From positions 86,056,001-86,120,000 of the forward strand of contig OZ024745.1 in NCBI GenBank assembly GCA_964016885.1: 64,000 nt of DNA, read 5' to 3'. The position numbers and the translations under genes are program-made. Below the pieces are notes generated by a model. The model did no database searches and was not told the DNA's origin. It saw only the letters and a list, made by a program, of their open reading frames with translations. Every line of letters begins with the position of its first letter. Position 1 is the stretch's first letter. This DNA comes from Eledone cirrhosa. Lineage: Eukaryota. Of this stretch, positions 29,358 to 41,249 are shown one piece after another.

Positions 29358-31771
29358 TCACATGAGCCAAATTGACTTCTTACTAGTTAGGCAGATGGTG
29401 TCAAATACCAAGGCATACCCTGGGGAAGAATGTACCCCACAGCATAGGTTAGTCGTTAGTGATATCTCAGTAAGCAAAAGATGGAATGAGACATACAGGA
29501 AGGTGTGGAGAAGAAAGGTCTGGAAGCTAAAAGACCTTTCACTAAAATACAAATTTAGGAAAGCCCTTCAAGATGTGTATGACGAAAAAAGAAGACGATT
29601 TAGAGACGTATGATAATAACTGGAATTTCTTACATGACAACTTACTGCAGGCTACTGATGAAACTTTTGGCTGGAGCAGAGCTCCAACCAGACAGAGAGT
29701 GTCCTGGTGGTGGAATAGCACAGTAGATAAGGCCATTAGAGACAAAAGACTAGCATGGAAGGCTTGGAAAAAGGGTGGGAGTAGAGAAGGATATACAGCC
29801 ACTAAGAGAGAAGCTAGACGTCGGGTGTACTTGGCACGCAGGGTGGCTGAGAGTAGGAGGTTTGCCAATGTTCTGCGACGGGAAGACAGGCGTGCGGTGT
29901 TCCACATTGCAAGGCAGTGTGTCAATGCAAATCAGGATGTTGTTGGAGATAAATGTGTCCGTAATGATGCCGGTGTACTTAGTGTCATGAATGATCAGAA
30001 AAAGGAGGCCTGGCAATGAGACTGATGGAGAATAAATGGGAGAGAGAGAAATTACCCTCAGTAGATCCGACAGAGGGGCAAGCTATTGAGATTGACGAAT
30101 ATAGGGTCCAAGAGGCGATTAAGGAAATGAAAAATGGTAAGGCTGCTGTACCGTCGGGGATAGTTGCTGAGATGCTGAAGGCATCAGGGGACGTAGGCAC
30201 TAAACTCGTTGCACGCATCATCAATCAGGCTATATATGGTGGTGTCATACCCAAAATCAGGTGCAGCAGTATTCTCATAAATTGCTACAAAAGTAAAGGG
30301 GATGCTCTGGAGAGGAGCAATTATAGGGGTATAAAACTGATGGATCAGGTTATGAAAGTGGCAGAAAGGATATTAGCACAACTAATTAGAGAATGGGTCA
30401 AACTAGATGAGATGAAGTTTGGTTTTATGCCTGGGAAAAGTACAACAGATGCCCTCTTCTTGGTGAGACAATTACAAGATAGGTTCTTAGAGAAGAATAA
30501 GCCACTATACTTAGCCTTTGTTGACCTAGAGAAGGCCTTTGATAGGGTACCCCGATCTGTCATCTGGTGGTCCCTAAGGAAGGTGTTGAGGAATGGCTTG
30601 TGAGGACAGTGCAAACTTTGTACAGAGGTGCTGTCAGTAAAGTCAGGGTAGGAATGGAGTTTAGTGAGGAATTCCAGATACAAGTAGGAGTACAGGTTCA
30701 GTCCTCAGCCCGCTCTTGTTCATTATAGTCCTCCAAGCCATAACAGAGGAGTTTAAGACTGGCTGTCCATGGGAACTTCTCTATGCTGATGATCTGGCTC
30801 TTATAGCAGAATCAGTAGAGGAGCTAGAGAATAAATTCTGGCTATGGAAACAGCAGTTGGAAGCAAAAGGACAGAGTGGACCTAGCTAAGACAAAAGTGT
30901 TGATGAGTAGAAAAGAGGACAAAACTCTGATTCCGTCAGGGAAATAGCCATGTTCGATATGCAGAAAAGGAACTGGCATAAATCTATAAAATGCACACAA
31001 TGCAGATCCTGGGTACACAAGAGATGTAGTGGGATAGCAGGCAAACTAACGGGTAGGGAGAAATACGTATGCAGTAGATGTACAGGGAAATTAGACAGTA
31101 GAAGTCGCATTGATAGACACATTTTTCAAATGCAGGCTGGTGCTATAGAAGTGGTTGCTAGCTTCCGGTACCTAGATCAGATTAGCTTGGGAGGGAGGAG
31201 GGGGGGGGGGGGCGTTCCGAGGCCATAGTATCTAGAATGACGGGTTGGAAGAAGTTTAGGGAGCTGCTGACGAAGAAGGGTTTCTCCCTGCGTACGAAAG
31301 GCCAGTTATATGATGCCTGTGTGAGGAGTGCAATGCTGCATAGTAGTGAGACATGGGCAGCAACTGCAGAAGATATGCGACGGCTAGAGAGAAATGAGGC
31401 AAGCATGCTCCGTTGGATGTGCAATGTCAATGTGCGTGAACGACCCAGCATGAATGTGTTGAGAGAGAAACTGTGTCTGAGAGGGATAGAATGTAGTGTG
31501 CGAGAGAGGAGACTGAGGTGGTATGGACATGTGATGCGCATGGAGGATAACCAATGGGTGAAGAAGTGCCAGGAAATGCCAGTTGAAGGAAGACATGGTA
31601 GAGGTAGACCACAAAAAACATGGGCGGAGGTGGTGAGAACAGACCTCAGATCGCTGAAGCTCACGGTGGAGATGACGAAGGACCGTGACAAGTGGAGAGA
31701 TGCTGTGCCTGAATAAGACCCGTCCCACCCTTGCAAGCAGGGAAAAGCGGACGTAAAATGATGATGATGAT
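29358..31771 (+). mobile_element. 5'-truncated RTE-clade LINE (end of APE, RT with embedded PHD finger), decayed
   Basis: SQIDFLL..QHRLVV, SWWWNS, NYRGIKL, FVDLEKAFDRVPR, LLYADD, LYDACVRSAMLH..ETW, RLRWYGHVMR, GRGRPQKTW; (GAT)n tail. Confidence 0.93.
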
Positions 31772-32439
31772 AGCACTTAATTATTACCTCGCTTGAAACA
31801 TTCTGATCAACTTAATAGCTACTGTAATTAGCTATTGTCATCGTTTAACCAGCCTGCCTTTACTTCTAAAGATAGTTTTGTTAAGACTTAAATTACTATT
31901 CTACTTAAGTAGGTGTCAGTATATTTATTGTACATAACATTACCAAGCCAACATAATGTAAGATCTAATCTAGTTGAAAAGTGAGTCGCTAACAAACTAT
32001 CAATTATTTCCCCTCTCATTCAAACGTATTTATAAACTAAGGAAAATTTATAGCTTATTCAGTTATTATATCACTTTGTGATATCAGCATATCAGCTTTC
32101 TAAAAATACTATCTTTTCATTAACCATATTTCATTTCATATGTTGTTTTTCACTTCATATGCTGTTTTTCACTTCTTTTTCTATTTAAAGTTTCATGCTT
32201 TATAACAATATAAAAATATATATTTATCAAAACATTATCATTTCCCCATTGTAAGGTGTAAATGGGAGAATGTAAATATCTTTTCTGTTTATTCCTGTTT
32301 ATTTCCCTATATGGTGTACTTTGAACTGAATACATAAACAGCATTTATTAAACTTTACTTTGTGTGAATAGTATATATATGTGTAAAAGATAAACAGAAA
32401 TAACAACACAAACGGTACAGTATATGGAAGGAATATTTT

Positions 32440-32620
32440 AGTTTAACACTTGAAATAGCAGGAATATCAGGTGTAGTGTTGGCAAATTTCAAGAAGCATG
32501 GAAATTTTTAAGGATGCAGTGTCCCATCAGCTAACAACTGAGTTTGTTCCATGCTTCAGCAACTCTACATGTGAAAAGATGTTGCTGAAAATCATGGGAG
32601 CTGTACAGTTATCTTTGTGT
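32440..32620 (-). mobile_element. CR1 3' fragment (family of 54114-56313)
   Basis: Reverse complement matches ~56010-56160. Confidence 0.7.
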
Positions 32621-33297
32621 GCCATTGTTGTGACAGGAATTATAACATTAAGTAATGCCAAAACGTCAGAAATCATGTCTGCTATGGTATACAAAATTAT
32701 TCATAGTCACAAATTATTTTGAGAACAATATGAGTGGCCAGTTACAGGCAGTTTGAACAGAAAGAGGTGAGACGATTCCGGTTAAGGTGTGATGTTTGAC
32801 TATTGATTTCTCATTAGACACATGTAGTCCGTCAACTCATCTTGCATGCTTAATAAATATGTGAATGGTGAATTGAGTATGTGAAAGCCTGTCTGTGAGC
32901 GTTATGAAAGTTTCAGTTATTTTGCTGTTCATATGTTGGGAGAGTTTAACACCAGAACATTTCCTAGATATATGTAGTGACTGTGTCTTGGTGACATTAA
33001 ATGTTTTAGAGTTCACTGTTTATGAAAGATGTTCAAGTCTTATCTGTATAACTAATATTCAGAAACATAGTTTCATCTATGTTGAAGTGTGAGTGTGGTT
33101 AAAAATAACTGCAGGGAGGCCATAATATACAGAACGATGATTGAGGAAGACATGGGAAATTGAGATATACCAATGTTGACAATGTGATTTAGAAAGGGTG
33201 GTGATGGAACTGACAAATTTTCAAAGATATATGGGTGGGTAGAGGCCACTGCTGTTTAATATCAGATATGTCTCCTGACAGATCTGCTGCAGAAACT

Positions 33298-33520
33298 TTA
33301 ACCATCACTACCACATTTCTAATGAAATACTATTTTAATTAATGAAGAATTTTGAGGGATTTACTAAAATTATTTCATTACTAAAATAGTAACTTAATGC
33401 AAGGTTCTTATATAAAATTATGTTGGAAGATTTTAATTGAAACTGGAAACCTTTAAAATGGGTGGTTTTATTTCATAGAACCAGAGCTGCTTTTGGCCAG
33501 GCTGGTAACTAAAGGGTTAA
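33298..33520 (-). mobile_element. piggyBac-type MITE family A
   Basis: TTAA termini; reverse complement of the 14932 copy. Confidence 0.85.
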
Positions 33521-33664
33521 TGGTGATAAAAGAGGTTGTGTTTTAACACTGCTTCATCATCTATTTAGATGTTATTTGGACATTAAAAAAAATATATATA
33601 ACCTGACATAAATATATTCCATTGTATTTTTTTTCTTTTTTCTTTTTTCTTTTTTCTTTTTCAG

Positions 33665-33756
33665 ACATTGGAATTCGACTTGAAAGGCATTCCACTTGCA
33701 GCCAATGATGAAATAGTTGTTACTGTAAAAGATTATGAAAAAATTAGCCGCAATAA
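33665..33756 (+). CDS. MYOF: Type-I ferlin (myoferlin/dysferlin-like) internal exon, C2A domain
   Basis: Polypyrimidine tract + CAG acceptor, GTAAGT donor; TLEFDLKGIPLAANDEIVVTVKDYEKISRN resembles myoferlin ILEFDLRGIPL..IVKDFETIGQNK. Its 92-nt length and phases 0/2 match vertebrate DYSF/MYOF exon 3 as recalled. The symbol means co-orthologue of MYOF/DYSF. Confidence 0.9.
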
Positions 33757-33849
33757 GTAAGTGTTTCTTAAACATTGTTGTTATACAATTTCATATTTAT
33801 TCTGTTGAAGTGTAATGAAAACAAAAATATTATGACAGTTCCAATATTA

Positions 33850-34268
33850 TGGGCATGTGGTTAGAATGTCTCGGGGAAAGAATCACTGGACAGATTTTAT
33901 GGGCAAAACCAACTGGCAGGAAACCCAAGCAAGATGGTTGGATAACATCTATGAGCTTGGTTGGTCCCAGCTGGATCAGTTGCTGATGGTTGCTTCTGAC
34001 TAGACCCACTGGAATGAGTGTTTGAGGACTCTGCCCCCACGAACCTCTCAGGAATAAGTGGGCAAAGAAGGTTTTAAATTCCAGTAGAAGGAAGACGCAG
34101 TAGAGGAAGACCACGAATAACATGGGCGGAGATAGTGAAAGTAGACCTCAGATCGCTGAAGCTCACGGAGATGACGAAGGACCGTGACAAGGTGAGAGAT
34201 GCTGTGCTGAATAGGACCCGTCCCACCCTTGCAAGCAGGAGAAAAGCGGACGTAAAATGATGATGATA
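33850..34268 (+). mobile_element. Two abutting retroposon 3' ends (GAA-tail family, then RTE (GAT)n end)
   Basis: 33850-34070 matches the repeats at 44438, 44955 and 56482; 34075-34268 matches 31575-31770. Confidence 0.75.
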
Positions 34269-35181
34269 TGAACATTTTAAAACAGGAAGTTTATATGATA
34301 GAACCAGGGGCAGTCTCAGGCAGGTTGATATCAAATGGGTTTATACGAAATTAAAATAGTTGAGAGCTAATATTCTGATCTTCTATCTGGTAAAGAATCA
34401 CTCATTACTGTAGCGGTTTTACTTATTGCTATTTGTGGCATGAGAGAGATTGTGCTTCATCATCATCGTTTAACGTCCATGAGTTAGACGGGTCCCACTT
34501 GAGGAAGATTGATGAGGTGACCATGTCTCACTCGTATAGAACTGTTTCTGGCAGGTTTTCTACAGCTGGATGCCCTTCCTAACGCCAACTACATTTACAG
34601 TGTGGACTGAGAGCCTTTTTACTGTGTCTTCTAAACGACCACTTTACAGTGTGGACTGGGTGCTTTTTGTTGTATCACCTACACAACCACTTTACCGTGT
34701 GGGTTGGATGTTCTGTGGTACCAACATAACTTTACAGAGAAAGGGTGGTGTGCTTATGGAGTGAGTAAATTTAGTTGCCTTTGTTTAGCCCAAGCCAACC
34801 CTTTACAAGTAGACCTGTGATCAAAGGTGTTCTAGCAATATGCATCCCCACCTTTTCAGATATATTTACGGTCAATAAAATAAACTACCAGTGATGCACT
34901 GGGGTAGATTTAATCAACTTTCCCCCTCCCTTAAAATTGTTGGCCTTGTTCCTAAATCAGAAACCATTATTATTATTATTATTTTGCTATCTCAATCATA
35001 GACAAGTGTTTCTTGAAGTACGAACAAGTGGTTTTATCAGACTAAGAGCTTTCTCAAGCTTATATTAGTTTTAATCTTGAATATTTATTGTCCTAAATAG
35101 GTTACTTGTAGAAGGGTATCTACATTACAGATTAACTAAATATATCTTTAAAAAGAGATCAACCTTGATCAATTAGATCAA

Positions 35182-35421
35182 TTAACCTTTTTATGGCCAC
35201 ATTTCTAATGAAATACACTATATTACAATTAATTAATGAAAAATTTTGAGGGATTTACTAAAATTATTTATTATATCATTACTAAGATAGTAACTTAATG
35301 TAAGGTTCTTATATAAAATTATCTAGGAAGATTTTAATTTAAATTGGAAACCTTTGCCACGAGTGGCTTTATTTCATGGATCCAGAGCCAGTTTTAGCTG
35401 GGTTGGTAACTAAAGGTTTAA
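35182..35421 (-). mobile_element. piggyBac-type MITE family A
   Basis: TTAA termini; homologous to the 33298 copy. Confidence 0.82.
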
Positions 35422-36083
35422 AGCTATTCTGCAATGGCGATATCATTGTATTTCAAGCATTTCATACCTCAATGATTCCTATTTTTTAAGGTAGTAAAGT
35501 TATGCTTTAAGAGAGATTTGGCTACTATTTCTAGCAGGTTGAACAACTTTGTAGAGCCACCATCATTGGCTTATCTAAAGAATATTTATCAGAAAGTGGT
35601 ACAGTGTGTGAAATCGTTGGGCCTCAAAACCAGATACAAGAAATTAGACAATATTGTCATCATCAACATCATCATCATTTAGCATCCATGCTACAGTATA
35701 GCAAAATATTAAAATAATTCTAAAACAAATTAGATGGAGATACCAGTTATGAATTGATAAAGCAAATATTTATTAGTGTATTGTACTGGAAAATGTTCTC
35801 ATCAATGTTATTCTTAAATAAATATAATTTTTAATAAATGCGAAATCAAGGCTGAAGGCAAACATTGAGCTAGGCGTTAGTTATGAGAAGCATTTACAAT
35901 GCAATAAGTAACAAAGTAAAGTTTGTGTAATTTATGAATGAAGCAGAAGATTGTGCTAACCGACTGGCTAGACTATTTTTGGAAGAAAATCCTTTGTGCT
36001 AAATCTGGAAACCCTGGCCTGTTAGCCTATTTCTATATCATTAATGGATGAACCAACAAAAGAGCCTCTATGTTGTCACAGAA

Positions 36084-36390
36084 GGCTGTGAATTGGCAGG
36101 GTTGTTAGAACGTCAGAACAGCTTTGTAGTATTCGTTCCTACTCTCTATTCTCAGAGTTCAAATCTCACCGAGGTCAACTTTGCCTTTCATCCATTCGAG
36201 GTCGATAAAAAAAAAAAAAAAAGTACCAGTCTAGTACTGGGGTTGATTCTTCCTCTATATATCCTTCTCTGGAAGAAATCTGATGTATACAGACCTGGAA
36301 AGGAGATGGGCTCCACCTGGTTTTTAAAAATGCCCTAGAAACATTATATAAATACAGTGCACCTATGACTCCAAAAGGAGTTACGAGACT
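36084..36390 (+). mobile_element. Nin-core SINE, alternative-tail subfamily
   Basis: Same organisation as 24688-24975. Confidence 0.75.
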
Positions 36391-36890
36391 ATGCACGCAT
36401 GCATGCCATGTTGTCACAGAACCTACTGGAAATAGCAGACTGATTTCCAGCATCTTGGACCTAACCATCTTTAAAAAAAAAAGGATAAAATATTGAATAA
36501 TATTGTTTTAGATAAACTCTGTAAAATAAAAGATTGGATGGTCATGGCTGGAATGTCTTTCATCAAAAATCTACTCAATCAGGTTTAATTTTAAGCTGAA
36601 CAAGAACATAAAAATTCACACTCCTTCATAGTATTCTTGTGGTACCTCACCTTCACTTGAATCTACCCATTGCATATCTCTCTCTGTTCTTTATCATCTG
36701 TGAGGTTTTTATTTTTAAACCCTACACTAACTCTTCTTATCAATAACTGCACTGTTTCTTTCCAGAGACTGTTGAAAAATAAACCTCATTTGGTCATTCC
36801 AAGAGAGTATCTTGGTCAGCCTATGAACTTTTCAGCCGACCCTCAAACTCTCTTACATACATACATATATTTATATATACATATACTCTC

Positions 36891-36927
<37 letters not shown>

Positions 36928-36931
36928 CTCT

Positions 36932-36965
<34 letters not shown>

Positions 36966-37833
36966 CTCGCAGCAGTACCCAGCGTTGCCTGGGTAGGTAA
37001 AATAATCTGCTTTGATTAGCGACTGCGAGTTTCTTGAAAATCGGTCGTAAGGTGTAGCAAATGGCGAAATGTTGAGTGAAATCGTATGGACTATGTGGGA
37101 GGTGGAAAAAAATCGTATTTTGAAGAGTTAAACGGCTGCCATGCTGTCCCTGAACAAAAAATGCAAAGTGTAAAGCTACTATACGATATGCAATGATAGG
37201 TTCTATTGTAGAACCAAATAAATTGATTTATGTGTGAGGTGGAACCGAAGTTTTGAATTTGAACGAAATCGGTTGAAAAATGTGGGAGGTAGCGCCGAAA
37301 AGGTTGTATTTTCAAATATTTAAGCGGCTGCCACGCCGTTCCTGAACAAAAAATCCAAAATGTAAACCCACTTTAAGATGTGAAATAATCAGATCTAGCA
37401 TAGTGTAAAATTTGAACAAAGTAGGTTGATTGTAGGAGCTAGAGCCGAAAAAGTGGAAATTTGAGTCTAAAAGTGGTATTTTTGAATATTTAAGCAGCTG
37501 CCACGCCGTCCCTGAACAACAAATGCAAAATATAAAGCCATTACAGGATGTGCAATGATAAATTCTATTTTGCTTTAAAATTTGAACGAAATGAGTGGCA
37601 AAATGTGGGAGCTAGAGCCCAAAATCTTATTTTCGATACCTAAAAAAAGGTGACCCCCCCCCCCCCCCCTATCGATTTTTATCTGCAGAATGACCCCGGA
37701 ATAAAAAAATTATATGCTGATATATAGAAAACACTCCCCGATGACTAATCTATGAGCCTGTAAAGTTTCATGAAAATCGGTCGTAAGATGTAGGCCCCTA
37801 TAGGTAATACACTTAATTTTATATATATACAGA
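36966..37833 (-). mobile_element. Non-autonomous Helitron with ~3 internal ~170-190-bp tandem repeats
   Basis: On the minus strand: A|TC start, subterminal hairpin TACCCAG-N6-CTGGGTA (36976-36995), CGAG|T end (degenerate CTAG). Repeats begin at ~37128, 37320 and 37490. Confidence 0.8.
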
Positions 37834-37835
37834 TA

Positions 37836-37958
37836 TAGGAACGAGTAGGACCCCGACGGCCAAGCTCGAGCCGTTTTGACGGCTAATTCTGGACTCAGCG
37901 TCCAGAATTAGCCGTCCAAACGGCTTGAGCTCAGCCGTCCGGGTCCTACTTGTTCGTA
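37836..37958. mobile_element. Palindromic ~123-bp hairpin element (relative of 16170-16293)
   Basis: TAGGAACGAGTAGGACCC...GGGTCCTACTTGTTCGTA; arms pair to a 5-nt loop. Confidence 0.8.
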
Positions 37959-38142
37959 TCACCCACTCTACTATCCTAAGTATTGAGTACTTTGGTGCGT
38001 TATGGTCCATCTGGTTCCTTACCACATTTCCTTCATTATATACAGATATATATATATACATAGACTCTCGTACATATATATATATACATACATATACTCT
38101 CGTACATATATATATATATATACATATACTCTCATACATATA

Positions 38143-38452
38143 CATCATCATCATCATCATCATACGTCCGCTTTTCCCTGCTTGCAAGGGTGGAGGGAAC
38201 CGATTCTGGCTTGATTTCTACAGCTGGATGCCCTTCCTAACACCAACCTCATTTAGAGTGAGTGCTGGGTGCCTTTTTTCCGTGGTGCCTACACGTCCAT
38301 TTTACAGTGTGGGCTGGATGCATTTTTGCCGTGGCACCTCCACGACCACTTTGCAGTGGAATGATAGGGACCCAGTCCCTATCATCTCATTTCTACAGCT
38401 GAGTAAACTGGAGCAATGTGAAATAAAGTGACTTGCTCAAGGAAACAACACA
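38143..38452 (-). mobile_element. RTE-tailed SINE (5'-truncated)
   Basis: Highly similar to 15540-15835; (GAT)n tail. Confidence 0.85.
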
Positions 38453-39167
38453 TTACATAAATATATATATATATACTCTCATACATATATACATATACTC
38501 TCATACATATATACACACACACGTACATATATACAAACACACAGACTGAACATACTCTTTGTTAACCTATTTACTTTATACCAGCTTCCCACTGACATCC
38601 ATATGTTTCTGAATAAACGCAACTTTGACTGCAGAGTACTATATACTTTATTTTCTAATTATATTGATGTTGTCATCACTAGTGATGGCTGTTCTAGAAA
38701 TATAACTCTGACTGCAGAGTAGTTTATATTTAACTTTTTAACTTACTACTGTTGTCCTCACTGGTGATAGCTGTTCTAAAAGTTTTGCCGTTATAAACAA
38801 AAATGAAAGTTGTCATGTATATAAAGTAAACTGAAATGTCTTGCATATAAACAATTTTTGTTGGTTTTAAATATAAGTCATATGGGTTAAAATTGTGGAA
38901 TTGTAATTTTAAAATAAAATGGTGTTAGTTCAGCTAACACAGAACAAATCCAGCTCCCTATTTCCGGTTGAGTTTGTGGTCTGTATTTACATCATCTTCC
39001 CCCAAACTAATTCACTATGGAAGCTTCAATACATTTAGCAGGCTGTGTTGGTGACATTACATTAATCAGTCTGCAGTTAGGTGATGTTAAAGGCAAAAAC
39101 TTGTGTAGTTTAAGGAAATATACTGTTATTTGGATGACTATGAAAATATGGACAAGTAGATGTAAAA

Positions 39168-39280
39168 ACGATGATGACGACGACGACGATGAGGACTGAC
39201 GACAATGTTGACGACGAGGACTGATAACGGCGAGGACGATGACGACAATGTTGACAATGTTGAGGATGACGACAATGTTA
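39168..39280. repeat. (GAC/GAT)n-derived low-complexity repeat
   Basis: GACGACAATGTT units. Confidence 0.8.
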
Positions 39281-39682
39281 AGGAACAAAATTTATGAGAA
39301 CTTTTTTTCTTTGGGGTTTTCAATATTATATATAGTTATATATAGTTACAAATAGTTGTGTGTGTGAAAATAGATCTGCAAGGCATTTTTACTCATTCCT
39401 CCCAAGAACACATCTTGAATCAAACTTCCTTTTAGTCTACAAATGTTAATTGAAGAAACTGATCCTGTCCCATTCTATTAATATAAATTACATGAAACTA
39501 CATTTGTTTTCAGCCAGAAGACAAATATGACTGTTTTAAGTAAACAATCTATACTGAAATATTATGAAACAATATCTCATCTCTTCAAATGTTTTGTAAA
39601 TTTTACTTGCTAATAATGCCTTCTGTGAAAACAGCTAAACTGCTAGCTTTACTTTCCAGTGACTTTCAGTTCATAACACTCG

Positions 39683-39907
39683 TTAACCCTTTAGCATTTA
39701 CATTAGTCTATATATACTGTTGTATTTTCACAGTAAAGGCTTTACCTCATATAATTATCTCACATAATATTAACTATGAGATTTTTATATTATTTATTTT
39801 AAAAACAATACCTTAACATCACTTTGAGTGGCCGGTTATGGCCAGTTTGAACAGAAACAGGTGAGATTTATGGCCGGATACGGCTGGTTTAAATGCTAAA
39901 GGGATAA
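39683..39907 (-). mobile_element. piggyBac-type MITE family B
   Basis: TTAACCCTTTAGCATTTA / TAAATGCTAAAGGGATAA. Confidence 0.88.
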
Positions 39908-40768
39908 GCAGAGTTGTTTCTTTGGAATCCCTTAAACAATAATTATTATTGATCTTTAGTTGAAGTTACCTGTTTGAACTGAAACTAAGAATCAACAAAC
40001 ACACTTGTTCTGTGTCTTCATTTCATAATATAAATACAATCATGAAAAATGCACATATTTATTTCCAATTTGAATACAAACAGGTATTGTAAGAAAAATA
40101 TTTTGTTTATAGTAGGGGGTTATTATAATCACCCACAAGTATTATGTTATATTGAAGAAGCTGTTCTTCAAAAGACCTGCCCAATAGTTTGTTCAAGCTC
40201 TATGGCATTAAAAGTTAATATGGTGAGAGATTGAAGACTACATGGAGTGGAGAGATCCTTTGTTGTCTTGTAGTGGACAAGACAACCTCTCTAGTGATGA
40301 TGTCACAATGGAACACATTCTGTACTATCACATTCATAAAGTGAGGAGTAAACAGACCAAGAGAACATAGAATAGAGAGGACACTCTGGCCCTGTTGAGT
40401 ACTTAACCTCTCTAGTGTTAGTGCTATGATAAAATACACCTAGTACACTCTGTAAAGGGATTGGGAATAAAATGGAGACAATATAGAGTAGAGAGGAGTC
40501 TGGCCAGGTATGTGACAACCTCCCTGGTGATGCCACAATAAAATACACCCAGAAGACTCTGTAAAGTGGCTGGCATTAAGAAGCGCATTCAGCTGTAGAA
40601 GTCATGCCAAATATGGAATGTATGAGTCAGCTGAAGTCTCTCTGATCTGGACCTGTCTAGTCACAGATTGAAACAACCTGTCTATCCCATGCCAGTATGG
40701 AAAGTGGACATAGAATTAGGATGTTACAGTGAGACAATCTGAATATTAAAACTGTATTTTAATAACTT

Positions 40769-41249
40769 TTAACCCTTTAGCATCACCTAACTGCAGACTG
40801 ATTAATGTAATGTCACCAACACAGCCTGCTAAATGTATTGAAGCTTCCATAGTGAATTAGTTTTGGGGAAGACGATGTAAATACAGACCACAAACTCAAC
40901 CGGAAATAGGGAGCTGGATTTGTTCTGTGTTAACTGAACTAACACCATTTTATTTTAAAATTACAATTCCACAATTTTAAACCAGCCGTATCTGACTAGA
41001 ATTCTCTCACCTTGCTGTTCAAACCAGCTGTAACTGACTGCTCATACTGCTGTTAAGGTATTGTTCACAAAAGAAATATCAAAATCCCATAGATTCGATA
41101 TTATAAAAGAGGATTGTGAGATAAAGCCTTTACCATGAAAATATTGGGTCGTCAAGTATGTAATTTGAAGAAATTTGTTTCTTTTCTACAAATTTCATAT
41201 TTGACGATCCAATACAATAGTATATATAGAGTAAATGCTAAAGGGTTAA
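40769..41249 (+). mobile_element. piggyBac-type MITE family B carrying two insertions
   Basis: Intact TTAA/TIR ends; contains an inverted copy of 38887-39093 and a mini-mariner at 41144-41212. Confidence 0.88.
41144..41212. mobile_element. 69-bp mariner-like mini-MITE with TA TSD
   Basis: TA-TTGGGTCGTCAAGTATG...CATATTTGACGATCCAA-TA; the paralogous MITE at ~28380 shows a single TA at this site. Confidence 0.8.

Noticed and set aside
13200-33664. Ferlin first coding exons (start Met exon and the KKTK..NPVWNE exon)
   Set aside because: No matching exon found by eye; probably upstream of the window or too diverged. A spliced protein alignment would decide.
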